Shown piece by piece: positions 10,605 to 20,751 of a stretch of 56,264 nucleotides of DNA; position 1 is the first letter of the stretch; every line of letters begins with the position of its first letter. The position numbers and the translations under genes are program-made. The DNA is from a virus. Taxonomy: Duplodnaviria; Caudoviricetes. The notes beneath the pieces were generated by a model. That model searched no databases. It was not told the DNA's origin and saw only the letters and a list, made by a program, of their open reading frames with translations. The stretch is taken from IMG/VR virus record IMGVR_UViG_3300025127_000046, positions 1 through 56,264 of that record; one strand, 5' to 3'.

Positions 10605-12404
10605 ATGCCAAATAAAAAAAATGTTAACATAAAATACACCAGTAGAGATTTCGATTCTATAAAAGAAGATTTGATTGATCATGCAAAAAGATATTACCCA
10701 GACAATTATAAAGACTTTACGACTCCTTCGTTTGGCACAATGATTCTGGACTCCATAGCATATGTTGGCGACATCTTATCTTATTATGTCGATTATGGTG
10801 TAAACGAGTCTTTTTTAGATACTTCTATTGAATTTGATAATATAAGAAAACATGCTAGATCGTTAGGTTACAATTTCCACGGAACACCTTCTTCATTTGG
10901 CATTGTATCTCTATTTGTTCTATGCCCAGCCAATACAGACGGAACAGCCCCTGATACATCTTATTTGCCAATAATAAAAAAGGGAGCGGCGTTCACCAGC
11001 GTAAACGGTGGAAATTACCTATTAACAGAAGATGTAGACATGAGCAGTCCGAAAAACAAATTTGTCGCAGCTAGATTCAACAACAGCACAGGTGCCACCA
11101 CGCACTTCGCAGTAAAGGCCTTGGGGCAAGTGCAATCCGGCATCTTTGAAGTTGTCAATATCGATTTGGTCGATTCTGCATTTGAAAGATTTCGAAAAAT
11201 CAGAATAGGTGACAACAAAATAACAGAAGTATTTGCAGTGGTTGATTCAAGCGGCAACAAATATTATGAAGTTGATAATTTATCACAAGAAGTTGTCTTT
11301 TTAGAGACAACGAACAAAGATGCCTTTACAGATGGTGTCAGATCAGTTCTAAAGCCCTTTGTGGCAACTAGAAGATTCACGGTCGAACAAGACGATACAG
11401 GAACGTATTTGCAGTTTGGCTACGGGTCAGAAGATGAAGATGATTCTGGTCTTGTAGATCCTTCAAAAGTTGCCTTAAAGATGCATGGCAAAAAGCAAAT
11501 TTCCAACAGTTCGTTTGATCCTGCTAAATTACTATCTACGAATAAGTTTGGTGTTTCACCATACAACACTACATTAAAAGTGGTTTACAGGGTCAATAAT
11601 CCAAACTCGGTCAATGCCCCGTCATTGTCTATAAATCAAGTTTCATATGCTAATTTTATTTTCAATAATGAATCTAGTCTGGTAGCCAATAACGTGACTT
11701 TTGTGAAAAATTCATTAGAGGTTTCAAATGAGGATCCGCTAACTGGCTTCAACCACGACTTGACCAACGAGGAACTAAAAGTAAGAGCAAAATCGTATTA
11801 TGCCTCACAGAACAGAGCAGTGACTAAGCAAGACTACGAATCTTTGATTTATCAAATGCCTCCAAAGTTTGGTTCAATAAAGAGAGCAAACATAGTCAAC
11901 GACCCCTCTTCGACAAATAGAAAAATCTCAGTTTACATAGTTTCTGAGGATAATGACGGCAAACTAGCAGCAACTGGTGGCGTAGTAAAAAATAACATCA
12001 AAAATTGGCTTCAAAAGTATATTCCTATAAATGATTCTGTTGAAATAAAAGATGCTATAATTATAAACTATAGTGTAGATTTTGTAGTTCAATATGATAG
12101 AAATTACGAACCCGACGAGGTTCTTCTAGCTTGCGTTGATAGGGTAGAAAATTTTGTTAATGACTCTTTGTACATTGGCGAACCAATTTATATAACAAAG
12201 TTTTATGATATTTTGAATAAAGTTACTGGGGTTGTTGATGTCAAAAAAGTTATGATCAAAAACAAAACAGGTTCAAATTATAGCAGCGTCTCTCTAGACT
12301 TTAACAAAATTGCTTCAAAAGATGGCACTTTTTATAAAGTGCCAAAAAATGTAATTTTAGAAATGAAATACCCCAAATTTGATATCAAAGGAACAGTAAA
12401 ATAA
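10605..12404 (+). CDS. Baseplate wedge subunit, T4 gp6-like
   Basis: YTSRDFDSIKEDL...YVGDILSYY.D...NESFLDT and QNRAVTKQDYE are gp6/baseplate-J motifs. Confidence 0.9.
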   Translation: MPNKKNVNIKYTSRDFDSIKEDLIDHAKRYYPDNYKDFTTPSFGTMILDSIAYVGDILSYYVDYGVNESFLDTSIEFDNIRKHARSLGYNFHGTPSSFGIVSLFVLCPANTDGTAPDTSYLPIIKKGAAFTSVNGGNYLLTEDVDMSSPKNKFVAARFNNSTGATTHFAVKALGQVQSGIFEVVNIDLVDSAFERFRKIRIGDNKITEVFAVVDSSGNKYYEVDNLSQEVVFLETTNKDAFTDGVRSVLKPFVATRRFTVEQDDTGTYLQFGYGSEDEDDSGLVDPSKVALKMHGKKQISNSSFDPAKLLSTNKFGVSPYNTTLKVVYRVNNPNSVNAPSLSINQVSYANFIFNNESSLVANNVTFVKNSLEVSNEDPLTGFNHDLTNEELKVRAKSYYASQNRAVTKQDYESLIYQMPPKFGSIKRANIVNDPSSTNRKISVYIVSEDNDGKLAATGGVVKNNIKNWLQKYIPINDSVEIKDAIIINYSVDFVVQYDRNYEPDEVLLACVDRVENFVNDSLYIGEPIYITKFYDILNKVTGVVDVKKVMIKNKTGSNYSSVSLDFNKIASKDGTFYKVPKNVILEMKYPKFDIKGTVK

Positions 12405-14287
12405 TGGCTATAAAAAGATATACAGCAAATGCAGACAACACAATAACAAATGCTTACAAAGAAGATTTCAACAATAGAGGAACTGGCTCTAACATGGGCT
12501 TTTCTGACATCTTGGAAACTTTTTCGCTTTATGCACATAGAGATTCTTCATCCGCTGAGTTGTCAAGAATTATGGTACAATTTCCTGTTAGCGATATTAG
12601 CTCAGACAGAACATCTGGAAAAATTCCTGCTTCTGGTAGTGTATCGTTCTATCTTAGGATGTTCAATGCGGAGCACACAAGAACTCTTCCTGTTGATTAT
12701 AAACTTACGATCAATGCTATTTCCGCCGAGTGGGAAGAGGGCTATGGGCTTGATATGGCAAACTATTCTGACTTAACATATGACAAGGTTGGGTCTAACT
12801 GGATAAACGCCAACGGAACATCCGCCACCGCCACCGCAACTGTAACTGTTGCCAATGATGGATTTATTGAGGCTGGTGACACAATCACTTTGATTGCAAC
12901 TGATGGAACAGTAGTTGTGGCCACTGCACACGCTACTACTACAACTAGCACTGCTGCAACGACTGCGGTGCAATTTGCCCGAAATGGCGGGAGTAATTCC
13001 GCTGTTGCTACAGCAATTGCAACAGCTATAAATCATAGTTCATATTTTTCCGCCGCAGCAGAAGGGGCGGTAGTTACAATAACCCAAGCTGTCGCAGGCC
13101 ATGGTGGAAACACAGCAGTTACATGCGTCGACGGTGGCGGTGCTGGTCCTTGGTTTACTAAAACAAACTTTACCGGAGGCAGCGGCAAATGGTCCACAGC
13201 AGGAGGTGACTTCTACACAGATGCTAGTTCATCTTTTGAGCAGCGTTTTGAAATTGGGACTGAAGACTTAGAAGTTGATGTTACGACATTAGTCGAGCAG
13301 TGGGTCAACAGTGGCGGCAATGTTCTGGGTTCAAAAAACAATTACGGAGTTATGGTAAAGTTGTCTGGTGCCTATGAGGCATCTAGCTCAACTAATTCAA
13401 TTGGTGCACGAAAATCTTATTATACAAAAAAGTTTTTCGCAAGATCATCAGAATTTTTCTTTGACAGACCGATATTAGAAGCCAGATGGGACTCCACTAG
13501 AAGGGATAACCGAGGAAATTTTTTACTTAGCAGTTCGGCCCTACCAGCAGCAGATAATCTCAATACGTTGTACATGTATAATTACGTTAGGGGAAAACTA
13601 AGAGATATAAGAGGATTGAGCACGCAAGTACCAGTCATGAGGCTTTTTTACTCTTCCGGTTCAGTACCAGAAGGAACAGCACAATACTTCAGAAACTCAA
13701 GCAATGCAATAGTCAGTTACCTTAGTGCCTCTAGGGTATCAACAGGAGTTTACAAAGTTATTTTTTCTGCTACTAGTAGCGTTACAACGTCAACTTATCC
13801 CAATCTGGTTGATGTTTGGTCGTATAGTGGATCAGAAATACATACCGGGTCGGCTATTTCTCCAAAGACATATTATATGACAGGCAAAAATCCTGACAGC
13901 AAATATGTCATTACAATGCCAAACCTGAAAAAGCAATACATGAACCAGCAAACAGAAAGATTTAGACTTTATGTTAGAAATAAAAACTGGTCGCCGAACA
14001 TTTATACTAAAGCCGTGTCAACACCAGAAAGAATCATGGTTGACACGGCCTCGTATCAGATCACAAGAATGAGTGATAACAGGGTTGTTATTCCTTATGG
14101 TACATCTTCAACAAACCACACCGTAATGTCTTATGACGTGTCTGGTAATTATTTTGATTTAGATTTATCTATGCTAGAGTCCGGATACACATATAGAATC
14201 AATTATTCATTTTATGAAGATGGAATTGGATCTTATGTGGAGCAACCCTATTCTTTCAAAATCAGAGTAGTAAAGAATGAGTATTAG
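12404..14287 (+). CDS. Baseplate/tail structural protein with Ala/Thr-rich inserted module
   Basis: Coupled to gp6 (TAATG); Ser/Thr/Gly-rich, beta-type composition. Confidence 0.65.
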   Translation: MAIKRYTANADNTITNAYKEDFNNRGTGSNMGFSDILETFSLYAHRDSSSAELSRIMVQFPVSDISSDRTSGKIPASGSVSFYLRMFNAEHTRTLPVDYKLTINAISAEWEEGYGLDMANYSDLTYDKVGSNWINANGTSATATATVTVANDGFIEAGDTITLIATDGTVVVATAHATTTTSTAATTAVQFARNGGSNSAVATAIATAINHSSYFSAAAEGAVVTITQAVAGHGGNTAVTCVDGGGAGPWFTKTNFTGGSGKWSTAGGDFYTDASSSFEQRFEIGTEDLEVDVTTLVEQWVNSGGNVLGSKNNYGVMVKLSGAYEASSSTNSIGARKSYYTKKFFARSSEFFFDRPILEARWDSTRRDNRGNFLLSSSALPAADNLNTLYMYNYVRGKLRDIRGLSTQVPVMRLFYSSGSVPEGTAQYFRNSSNAIVSYLSASRVSTGVYKVIFSATSSVTTSTYPNLVDVWSYSGSEIHTGSAISPKTYYMTGKNPDSKYVITMPNLKKQYMNQQTERFRLYVRNKNWSPNIYTKAVSTPERIMVDTASYQITRMSDNRVVIPYGTSSTNHTVMSYDVSGNYFDLDLSMLESGYTYRINYSFYEDGIGSYVEQPYSFKIRVVKNEY

Positions 14288-17200
14288 AGATTTATTTAAT
14301 AAAAAAAGCGTTTCTATTGAAAACGTAGCCACAGGCAGTTCCGACATTGAATCTAAAGATTTTGTTTTAACAACAATGAAGAAAAACGAAACCTTTATTC
14401 AGAATGTTGATTTTGCGTCAGCATCAAATTTTGCACGCTTCGGGTCAGCCTACGAGTATTATACAACTTCAATTAGAAGAGTGTATGATGAATATCCATA
14501 TGACGGATCTGATAAGGAAAAAGCATTATTTGAATTAAGCTCTTCCTTCTTAGATAAGTACATTTTTGACAATCTATATCCAAAGTCGAATGGTTTTGTG
14601 ACTTTTTCATATGCTACTTTTATGGCATCAGCGTCTCCGGACGCCAATGGGTATGGAACACCCTCAGTCTCTGAAAGAGAGCAAATTTTTATCAGAGGGG
14701 GCCTACACACAGCATCTTCTGGTATGGAAGGAAAACCTTTAGTTAAAACGTTTTCTAATTCTATAGTCTATGATTCTGATAAAAACAGGACCACAACATT
14801 CAAATTGAATCCTAGTTCGGGATTTACTGTTGAGTTCTGGCTGAAAAAGCCAGCATTCAATACCTCTAAAACAGAAAGAGAGGTAATTTTTGATTCTTGG
14901 AATAACAAGACTGGTAATGACAACGGGCGCTTTAGAATTGTACTGGATGGATCTTCTGCCGCTGACACTTTTAAATTTGTATTCCGATCCGGATCGCTAG
15001 CATCAGGTAAAGGAGTTTATGAAACAACGGTAAGCGATTCAACTGTGACTAACGCATCTCTTACAACTTGGAAGCATTATGCTTTATCTGTTATATCTGG
15101 TTCTGGCGGACTCATAACTAGATTTTATGTAAACGGACTTTTGAATAAAAAAACGACACACAACGCTAATGGAGTGATGTTAGATATAGGCGGACTGATC
15201 AACGGCTCTATTGGGTCTCTAGTCGCAGCGACAACTCATCTTAGCCCTTCAAACCAGTATGGAGGAAAGCTAAGCGGAAGTCTTGATGATTTCAGATTCT
15301 GGAAAACCAGAAGAACATCTGAGCAAATTTATAACAACTATTATACTCACGTTGGCGGCGGAACAAATACTGACGATGCTAATACATCTTTGGGATTATA
15401 TTACAAATTCAACGAAGGTATAGTTGGCAATTCTTCATATGATTCGGTTGTTTTAGATTATTCTGGTAGGATTGCGAATGGTACGTGGACTGGGTATACT
15501 TCTGGCGCTAGAAACGCAGGATCAGCGTTTGTTTTGTCCAGCACTGTCACTTCTGAGCCTAAAGACCCAATTATAAGAAGCGCACATCCTGAAGTTACTA
15601 CTCTTCTGACAAACTTACAGACAAGTGGTAGCGCATGGGATGACAAAAATACATCTTTGCTTTACAATAGGGTGCCTAGCTGGATCAGAGAAGAGGATGA
15701 ATCTAATAATAAAAATGTTAAATACTTGTTTCAAATTATGGGTAGCTATTTCGATACTTTGTTTTTGCAAATAAACGAAATCCCAAAACTGAAAGAAAAA
15801 AGATTCTATCCTGACACCAACAAACCTTTGCCCTTTACAGAAAGACTACTAAAAGAACGTGGACTCATAACCACTAAAATTTTATCTAACAATACATTGT
15901 TTGAATATTACAATGGCAGAGACAAAAACAAAATTGTTTATGAAAAAGAGATCAACGTATTAAAGAATTTGATTTATAACAACATCTATAACAATTTAGA
16001 TTATATTATGAAAGCTAAAGGGACCGAGTCATCAATCAGAAACATGATGAGGTGCTTTGGTTTTGATGATGAGATTGTCAAGCTAAACATTTACACAGAC
16101 AACGGAACTCACTACTTTACAGATAAATCTAGACAAACAACGATTAATAAAAATTACGTAAACTTCAATACTACAAACACATTCAACTCAACAATTTTTC
16201 AAACTTCTTCAACTAATAATACAAACTCTTTTGTCACAGGGTCGAAAGCTGCACTAGATGAGCTTTATTCTGCAATGACCGTTGAGGCAAACATAATTGT
16301 CCCAGACAAAATAGAAGTACATGAGGACGGATATTTTGGAACTAACTTTTTATCTTCTTCTATTTTTGGATTACACGAAGCAGGTACAAATGTTGGAGTC
16401 TATACGTGGCCATCTTCAGAAATTGCAAATTTTCAAGTTTATCTTTTGAGAGACAGTTTGGAATCTAAGAATGCTAAATTTGTGTTAACAAATAGATCAA
16501 ATAGTTTCTTCTTAACATCTAGTCTAATAAGAGATGTATATGAAAATCAAACTTGGAACATCGCCGTAAGAGTGAAACCGCAAAAGTATCCTTTTATTGG
16601 CAATGTGGTAAGCACCTCAAATCCGTTATATACTATAGACTTTTACGGTGTAAACCACTCTTTCAGTGTTGTTGAGAATGAATTTCATGTATCAGAGAGT
16701 CTTTCCTATGCCAGTGGTTCCGCTTTCTTAACAAGACCTAAAAGACTTTATATAGGTGCCCATCGCACAAACTTCACAGGAGCGGTTGCCCAACAGTCAG
16801 ACCTCAAAATTGGATCGATTGCGTTTTATAATGACTATGTTAGCAACGATGACATCAAGCAACACAATTTAGATCCTATGAATTATGGTGTAGAAAAATC
16901 TATTTCATCTACATCAATGTTTGCCAATGGGGCTACTAATTCTTATAATTCTAAATTTGATTCAAACGTGTTGATTTGGAACTTCCAAACGGTCACAGGC
17001 TCAGACTCAAGTGGGTTATTTACTGTTGATGATTACTCAAGCGGATCAGCGGCAATTTCATCAACATTTCCGGATTATTTGACAAAAGCATATCACAAGG
17101 GTAAAGGTTTTTCCTTCCCAACTTCTAACAGTTCGTTTATCAAGAGCGAACTTGTTTATGCTAGCAAAAAAGAACTACCAGAAATGGCATATAATTCAGA

Positions 17201-20200
17201 CAGTGTTACTATTGAGACTGATGAAAAGAAGTTTTTTATTAAGGACGATGATGTAAGTGACAACTATTTCTCATTAGAAAAGAGTCTTTATCAAGTTGTT
17301 TCTGAAGAAATGCTAAACATGATTTCGTCGGTAAAAGAATTTAGCAATCTTATGGGTAAAGCAACCGATAGGTACAGAGTTGAATATAAGCGTGTCAATT
17401 TTATTAGATCGATGTTTTTCGATAAAGTCGAAGAAGACCTTGATTTTGATTCATTTACTGAATATTTCAAATGGATAGACAATTCTGTTTCTTATTTCGT
17501 TTCTCAATTGTTTCCTGCCTCTGCAAGGCACTCAAAAGACATTTCTGATATAGTTGAAAGTCATATTTTAGAAAGAAACAAATACCAAAACAAATTTCCG
17601 CTACTAACCAGATATCCTTCAACTGAAGGCCAAATCAAAGGAAGTAGCGAAATGAGGTATAGCTGGAAAACTGGTCATGCTCCAATTGGCGGAGCCGATG
17701 ACAAGAATTGTGTCTGGCAAAAGCTCAGAAAAGAAAGAACAGATATAGTTGAAAGAGAGACAATAAGACAAGTAATAAACACTGAGTCGACAGGAAGTGG
17801 CCCATCCTTGGCCAAGGCTGACCTGACAATTTACAGAGGGTCAGCGTTTGCTCTAAGAAGGCTATCAAAGCCCTACAGGATCTCTCAAGACTTGGAACCT
17901 CCGTTGCATGGTGGTATAAATTATCCACCAAAGAAGAATCGTGACGTTATTTATCACTTGGCACAAAGGCACGGTGAAAAAGGAAACTACGGGCAGCCAC
18001 TAAATGTTGTGGTAGCAGGGCCCGGCACTGGCAGTGGCAAAATAACACAAAGGTCATGTGACGACATACAAGATCCGAATCTAAAGACTAGAGTGTATTT
18101 AGATGCATTTGCTGGTAAATATTCAAATGAATCGTACTCGCCCGGTGCAAGAGATGTTGATAGTACTTATTCATATCGATTAACCGAATTGGATTTGCCC
18201 GTAACAGTAATCTCTAGCTCTGTTAATAGTGGTTACAATTCTCATGTCGTGAATCGTTTTGATTCTGGGTCTATTGTGACAAACATACACTCAGATACAA
18301 CCTCTCCAACGAACCATATTCCCATGCAGGGACCTTTTACTGAGACATGGGTAGGTGGACACCAACATAGACACATAGCTGTAAATAGGCGAGATTTGAG
18401 CCTTATAGACGATGACACTGGAACAGCACCTTTGAACAATTTGGACAACAAATACACAAGACCTGAAGGCTGGATGTTGCAGTTAGGAGACAAAGACTCA
18501 CCTCATGATGGCGCAATAGGTATCGTTGGTCCTGATTACGGTGGCCCGTATCCTGATCCGGCCAGAAAAGTAGCTGTTTTTTATCGAGAAGAGAGAGCAA
18601 AACGCCCTGTTAACATCAAAAACATTCGCTACACTACCGGTAGTAGGAATCTTGGTAACTTTAGAGAAAATTATGAATTAATTTCCGCTGGCGGTAAAAT
18701 GCAAAATAATCTTTATCTAAGAAAAAATCCGGATCACAATTTCATTCCACAAACTATTGGTGATATTTTACCAACGACTACTCATCCTATGACCCTGTTA
18801 GCACAAAGTCCAACATCTGTAGGTAATGTTTTTGGCTCTTACTCAAACAATAGACAAGTAGAGCAAGTAGCTGCTGTGGCTGGTGCAAAGGCTTCTGGAT
18901 CTATAAAGTTGTTTGGAACTTCTAGTATAAGTCCCTCACACAATGAAAATATAGTTCTCGGCGCAGGCGGAGGATTTGCGGCAAAGGAGTTTTGGCTTCC
19001 AAACGATATTGGTAAAACAACCACCGGAGAAGTTTACTTAATAAGTTCAGGGTCAAGTGACACTGACTTGTATAACAGTTTTCGCACACACTTGCAAAAT
19101 GCTTACACTTCAAGTTACTCTGTTTCTTACACTACATCCCCCGCTGTACTTGGAAGTGCCATTTACCAAACATCTTCACACAATGTATCTTATCTCACTG
19201 CCAGTGTTTCAAACTTCTCAGCGTCCTCGTTTACGTTAGCTGGTTGGTACAAATTTGATGGCACACATAGTGGCGATAAGCGTCTTTTTTGGCTGGGGTC
19301 GGCAACCGGAAATGGTCGTCACTCATATGCATGGGCAGATCAAGGATTGAGCTATATGCTACGATTCAGAATTAGCTACACAGATGGCGGAGGAAATCAA
19401 AAAGAAACCCAATGGCAACTGAGTGATCTTCCCGGCAAAATGAAGAACACTTGGGCACACATAGCCCTCACATGGCAGTCAAGTTCTGCCAATCCTACTT
19501 TTCAAAACAAACCAGTCATTTATATAAATGCTATTAGCCAGTCTTGGTCAACAACATGTGACACATATGCAGGCGGATGCCCATCGACTTGGGGAGGAAC
19601 ATATGTCCCCAATCCCATAAATCAGATTCAATTATTTGGAGATTCCAACGGTTGGAAAGGGGGAATTGACTCATTTCAGTTCTTCAATAAAGTCCTAACA
19701 AGCGCTGAGGTTTTGACACTGTACAACTCTAGAGTTGCACCAAACCATAGCAATCCGGCAATAGCAATTCCAAGTTCCTCACAGTGTGCTGCGTGGTGGA
19801 CTATGGGAGATCATGCTAGTGATCCAACACCCGTTCACGGACAGACAACAAACTTAGTCAATGGTGGCTTGATATACGATGTTATGGGCAACAACAACAT
19901 TACTGTTAAGCAAGCCACATTACAAGCCCGAAGAATGCATTGGTCGAGCGGTATTCCACAAACTGCTTCCTATGCCACATTCAGTCTAACAGCTAGCACC
20001 AGCACTGCCAACCAGAATAGAACCATAGTCTTGAGTTCTAGTGCGTGGCACCCGACTAAAAGAGCTAATTCGTGGTATGGAAGCGATTCTAGCATTACAG
20101 GCGGAATAACTCCGATAGCAGCAGTTCCCGGCAATATCAATGCCATTGTTAATTCTTCTGTGACAAACACTATAATTACATCAAGATTTTCAGCCCCGGG

Positions 20201-20750
20201 AGGTATTGAGACTTCCCATGGCTATCTGGATGCACATGCAAAGGAATATTCAGTTCATAACTCTTTGAACTATCGCAACTTGACTGTTCGTGGAACAGGT
20301 TCCGGTGAAAGTGGTACAATAAGAGTAAACAGTCAAGCGGGACGCAGAGAGGGCCTGAGAACATCATTGACAAGGCATTGCGGGCGCTTTGGGATTGACT
20401 CACAACATGGATCAGTTGCATCTTCTAATTATGAGTCTGAGGCTTCTTTTCACAAGATTCATCGAAATGTTGGTAGGAGGCCCACCGATACATCAACAAT
20501 TCCTGTGCCGGTTTTCAACGAAGACCATAATAATGCACATTTTAGCTCACTGTTGCCAAGGTCAGACTTTCAGTATTCTTGGGTAACTTCTTCATTGGGT
20601 AATAATTACTCATATAAAAGTGGAAAGCAGAGAATTTATGGCTACGCACCAACCGACGGAATTGTCAGTTCATCAGTAAGCATTGGTGGTGAAAGTGGAT
20701 TTGTCTCCGCAATAAATTTCCCAACCGCATCAGAAATTTTTGGAGTATAG
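14277..20750 (+). CDS. Large virion protein (gp7-position) with multiple LamG/concanavalin-like domains
   Basis: LamG motifs FTVEFWLK/WKHYALSV/FYVNG/GSLDDFRFW and FTLAGWYK/WAHIALTW/GGIDSFQFFNKVLT. KAKGTESSIRNMMRCFG resembles the gp7/gpI wedge motif. Confidence 0.75.
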   Translation: MSIRDLFNKKSVSIENVATGSSDIESKDFVLTTMKKNETFIQNVDFASASNFARFGSAYEYYTTSIRRVYDEYPYDGSDKEKALFELSSSFLDKYIFDNLYPKSNGFVTFSYATFMASASPDANGYGTPSVSEREQIFIRGGLHTASSGMEGKPLVKTFSNSIVYDSDKNRTTTFKLNPSSGFTVEFWLKKPAFNTSKTEREVIFDSWNNKTGNDNGRFRIVLDGSSAADTFKFVFRSGSLASGKGVYETTVSDSTVTNASLTTWKHYALSVISGSGGLITRFYVNGLLNKKTTHNANGVMLDIGGLINGSIGSLVAATTHLSPSNQYGGKLSGSLDDFRFWKTRRTSEQIYNNYYTHVGGGTNTDDANTSLGLYYKFNEGIVGNSSYDSVVLDYSGRIANGTWTGYTSGARNAGSAFVLSSTVTSEPKDPIIRSAHPEVTTLLTNLQTSGSAWDDKNTSLLYNRVPSWIREEDESNNKNVKYLFQIMGSYFDTLFLQINEIPKLKEKRFYPDTNKPLPFTERLLKERGLITTKILSNNTLFEYYNGRDKNKIVYEKEINVLKNLIYNNIYNNLDYIMKAKGTESSIRNMMRCFGFDDEIVKLNIYTDNGTHYFTDKSRQTTINKNYVNFNTTNTFNSTIFQTSSTNNTNSFVTGSKAALDELYSAMTVEANIIVPDKIEVHEDGYFGTNFLSSSIFGLHEAGTNVGVYTWPSSEIANFQVYLLRDSLESKNAKFVLTNRSNSFFLTSSLIRDVYENQTWNIAVRVKPQKYPFIGNVVSTSNPLYTIDFYGVNHSFSVVENEFHVSESLSYASGSAFLTRPKRLYIGAHRTNFTGAVAQQSDLKIGSIAFYNDYVSNDDIKQHNLDPMNYGVEKSISSTSMFANGATNSYNSKFDSNVLIWNFQTVTGSDSSGLFTVDDYSSGSAAISSTFPDYLTKAYHKGKGFSFPTSNSSFIKSELVYASKKELPEMAYNSDSVTIETDEKKFFIKDDDVSDNYFSLEKSLYQVVSEEMLNMISSVKEFSNLMGKATDRYRVEYKRVNFIRSMFFDKVEEDLDFDSFTEYFKWIDNSVSYFVSQLFPASARHSKDISDIVESHILERNKYQNKFPLLTRYPSTEGQIKGSSEMRYSWKTGHAPIGGADDKNCVWQKLRKERTDIVERETIRQVINTESTGSGPSLAKADLTIYRGSAFALRRLSKPYRISQDLEPPLHGGINYPPKKNRDVIYHLAQRHGEKGNYGQPLNVVVAGPGTGSGKITQRSCDDIQDPNLKTRVYLDAFAGKYSNESYSPGARDVDSTYSYRLTELDLPVTVISSSVNSGYNSHVVNRFDSGSIVTNIHSDTTSPTNHIPMQGPFTETWVGGHQHRHIAVNRRDLSLIDDDTGTAPLNNLDNKYTRPEGWMLQLGDKDSPHDGAIGIVGPDYGGPYPDPARKVAVFYREERAKRPVNIKNIRYTTGSRNLGNFRENYELISAGGKMQNNLYLRKNPDHNFIPQTIGDILPTTTHPMTLLAQSPTSVGNVFGSYSNNRQVEQVAAVAGAKASGSIKLFGTSSISPSHNENIVLGAGGGFAAKEFWLPNDIGKTTTGEVYLISSGSSDTDLYNSFRTHLQNAYTSSYSVSYTTSPAVLGSAIYQTSSHNVSYLTASVSNFSASSFTLAGWYKFDGTHSGDKRLFWLGSATGNGRHSYAWADQGLSYMLRFRISYTDGGGNQKETQWQLSDLPGKMKNTWAHIALTWQSSSANPTFQNKPVIYINAISQSWSTTCDTYAGGCPSTWGGTYVPNPINQIQLFGDSNGWKGGIDSFQFFNKVLTSAEVLTLYNSRVAPNHSNPAIAIPSSSQCAAWWTMGDHASDPTPVHGQTTNLVNGGLIYDVMGNNNITVKQATLQARRMHWSSGIPQTASYATFSLTASTSTANQNRTIVLSSSAWHPTKRANSWYGSDSSITGGITPIAAVPGNINAIVNSSVTNTIITSRFSAPGGIETSHGYLDAHAKEYSVHNSLNYRNLTVRGTGSGESGTIRVNSQAGRREGLRTSLTRHCGRFGIDSQHGSVASSNYESEASFHKIHRNVGRRPTDTSTIPVPVFNEDHNNAHFSSLLPRSDFQYSWVTSSLGNNYSYKSGKQRIYGYAPTDGIVSSSVSIGGESGFVSAINFPTASEIFGV

Positions 20751-20751
20751 A

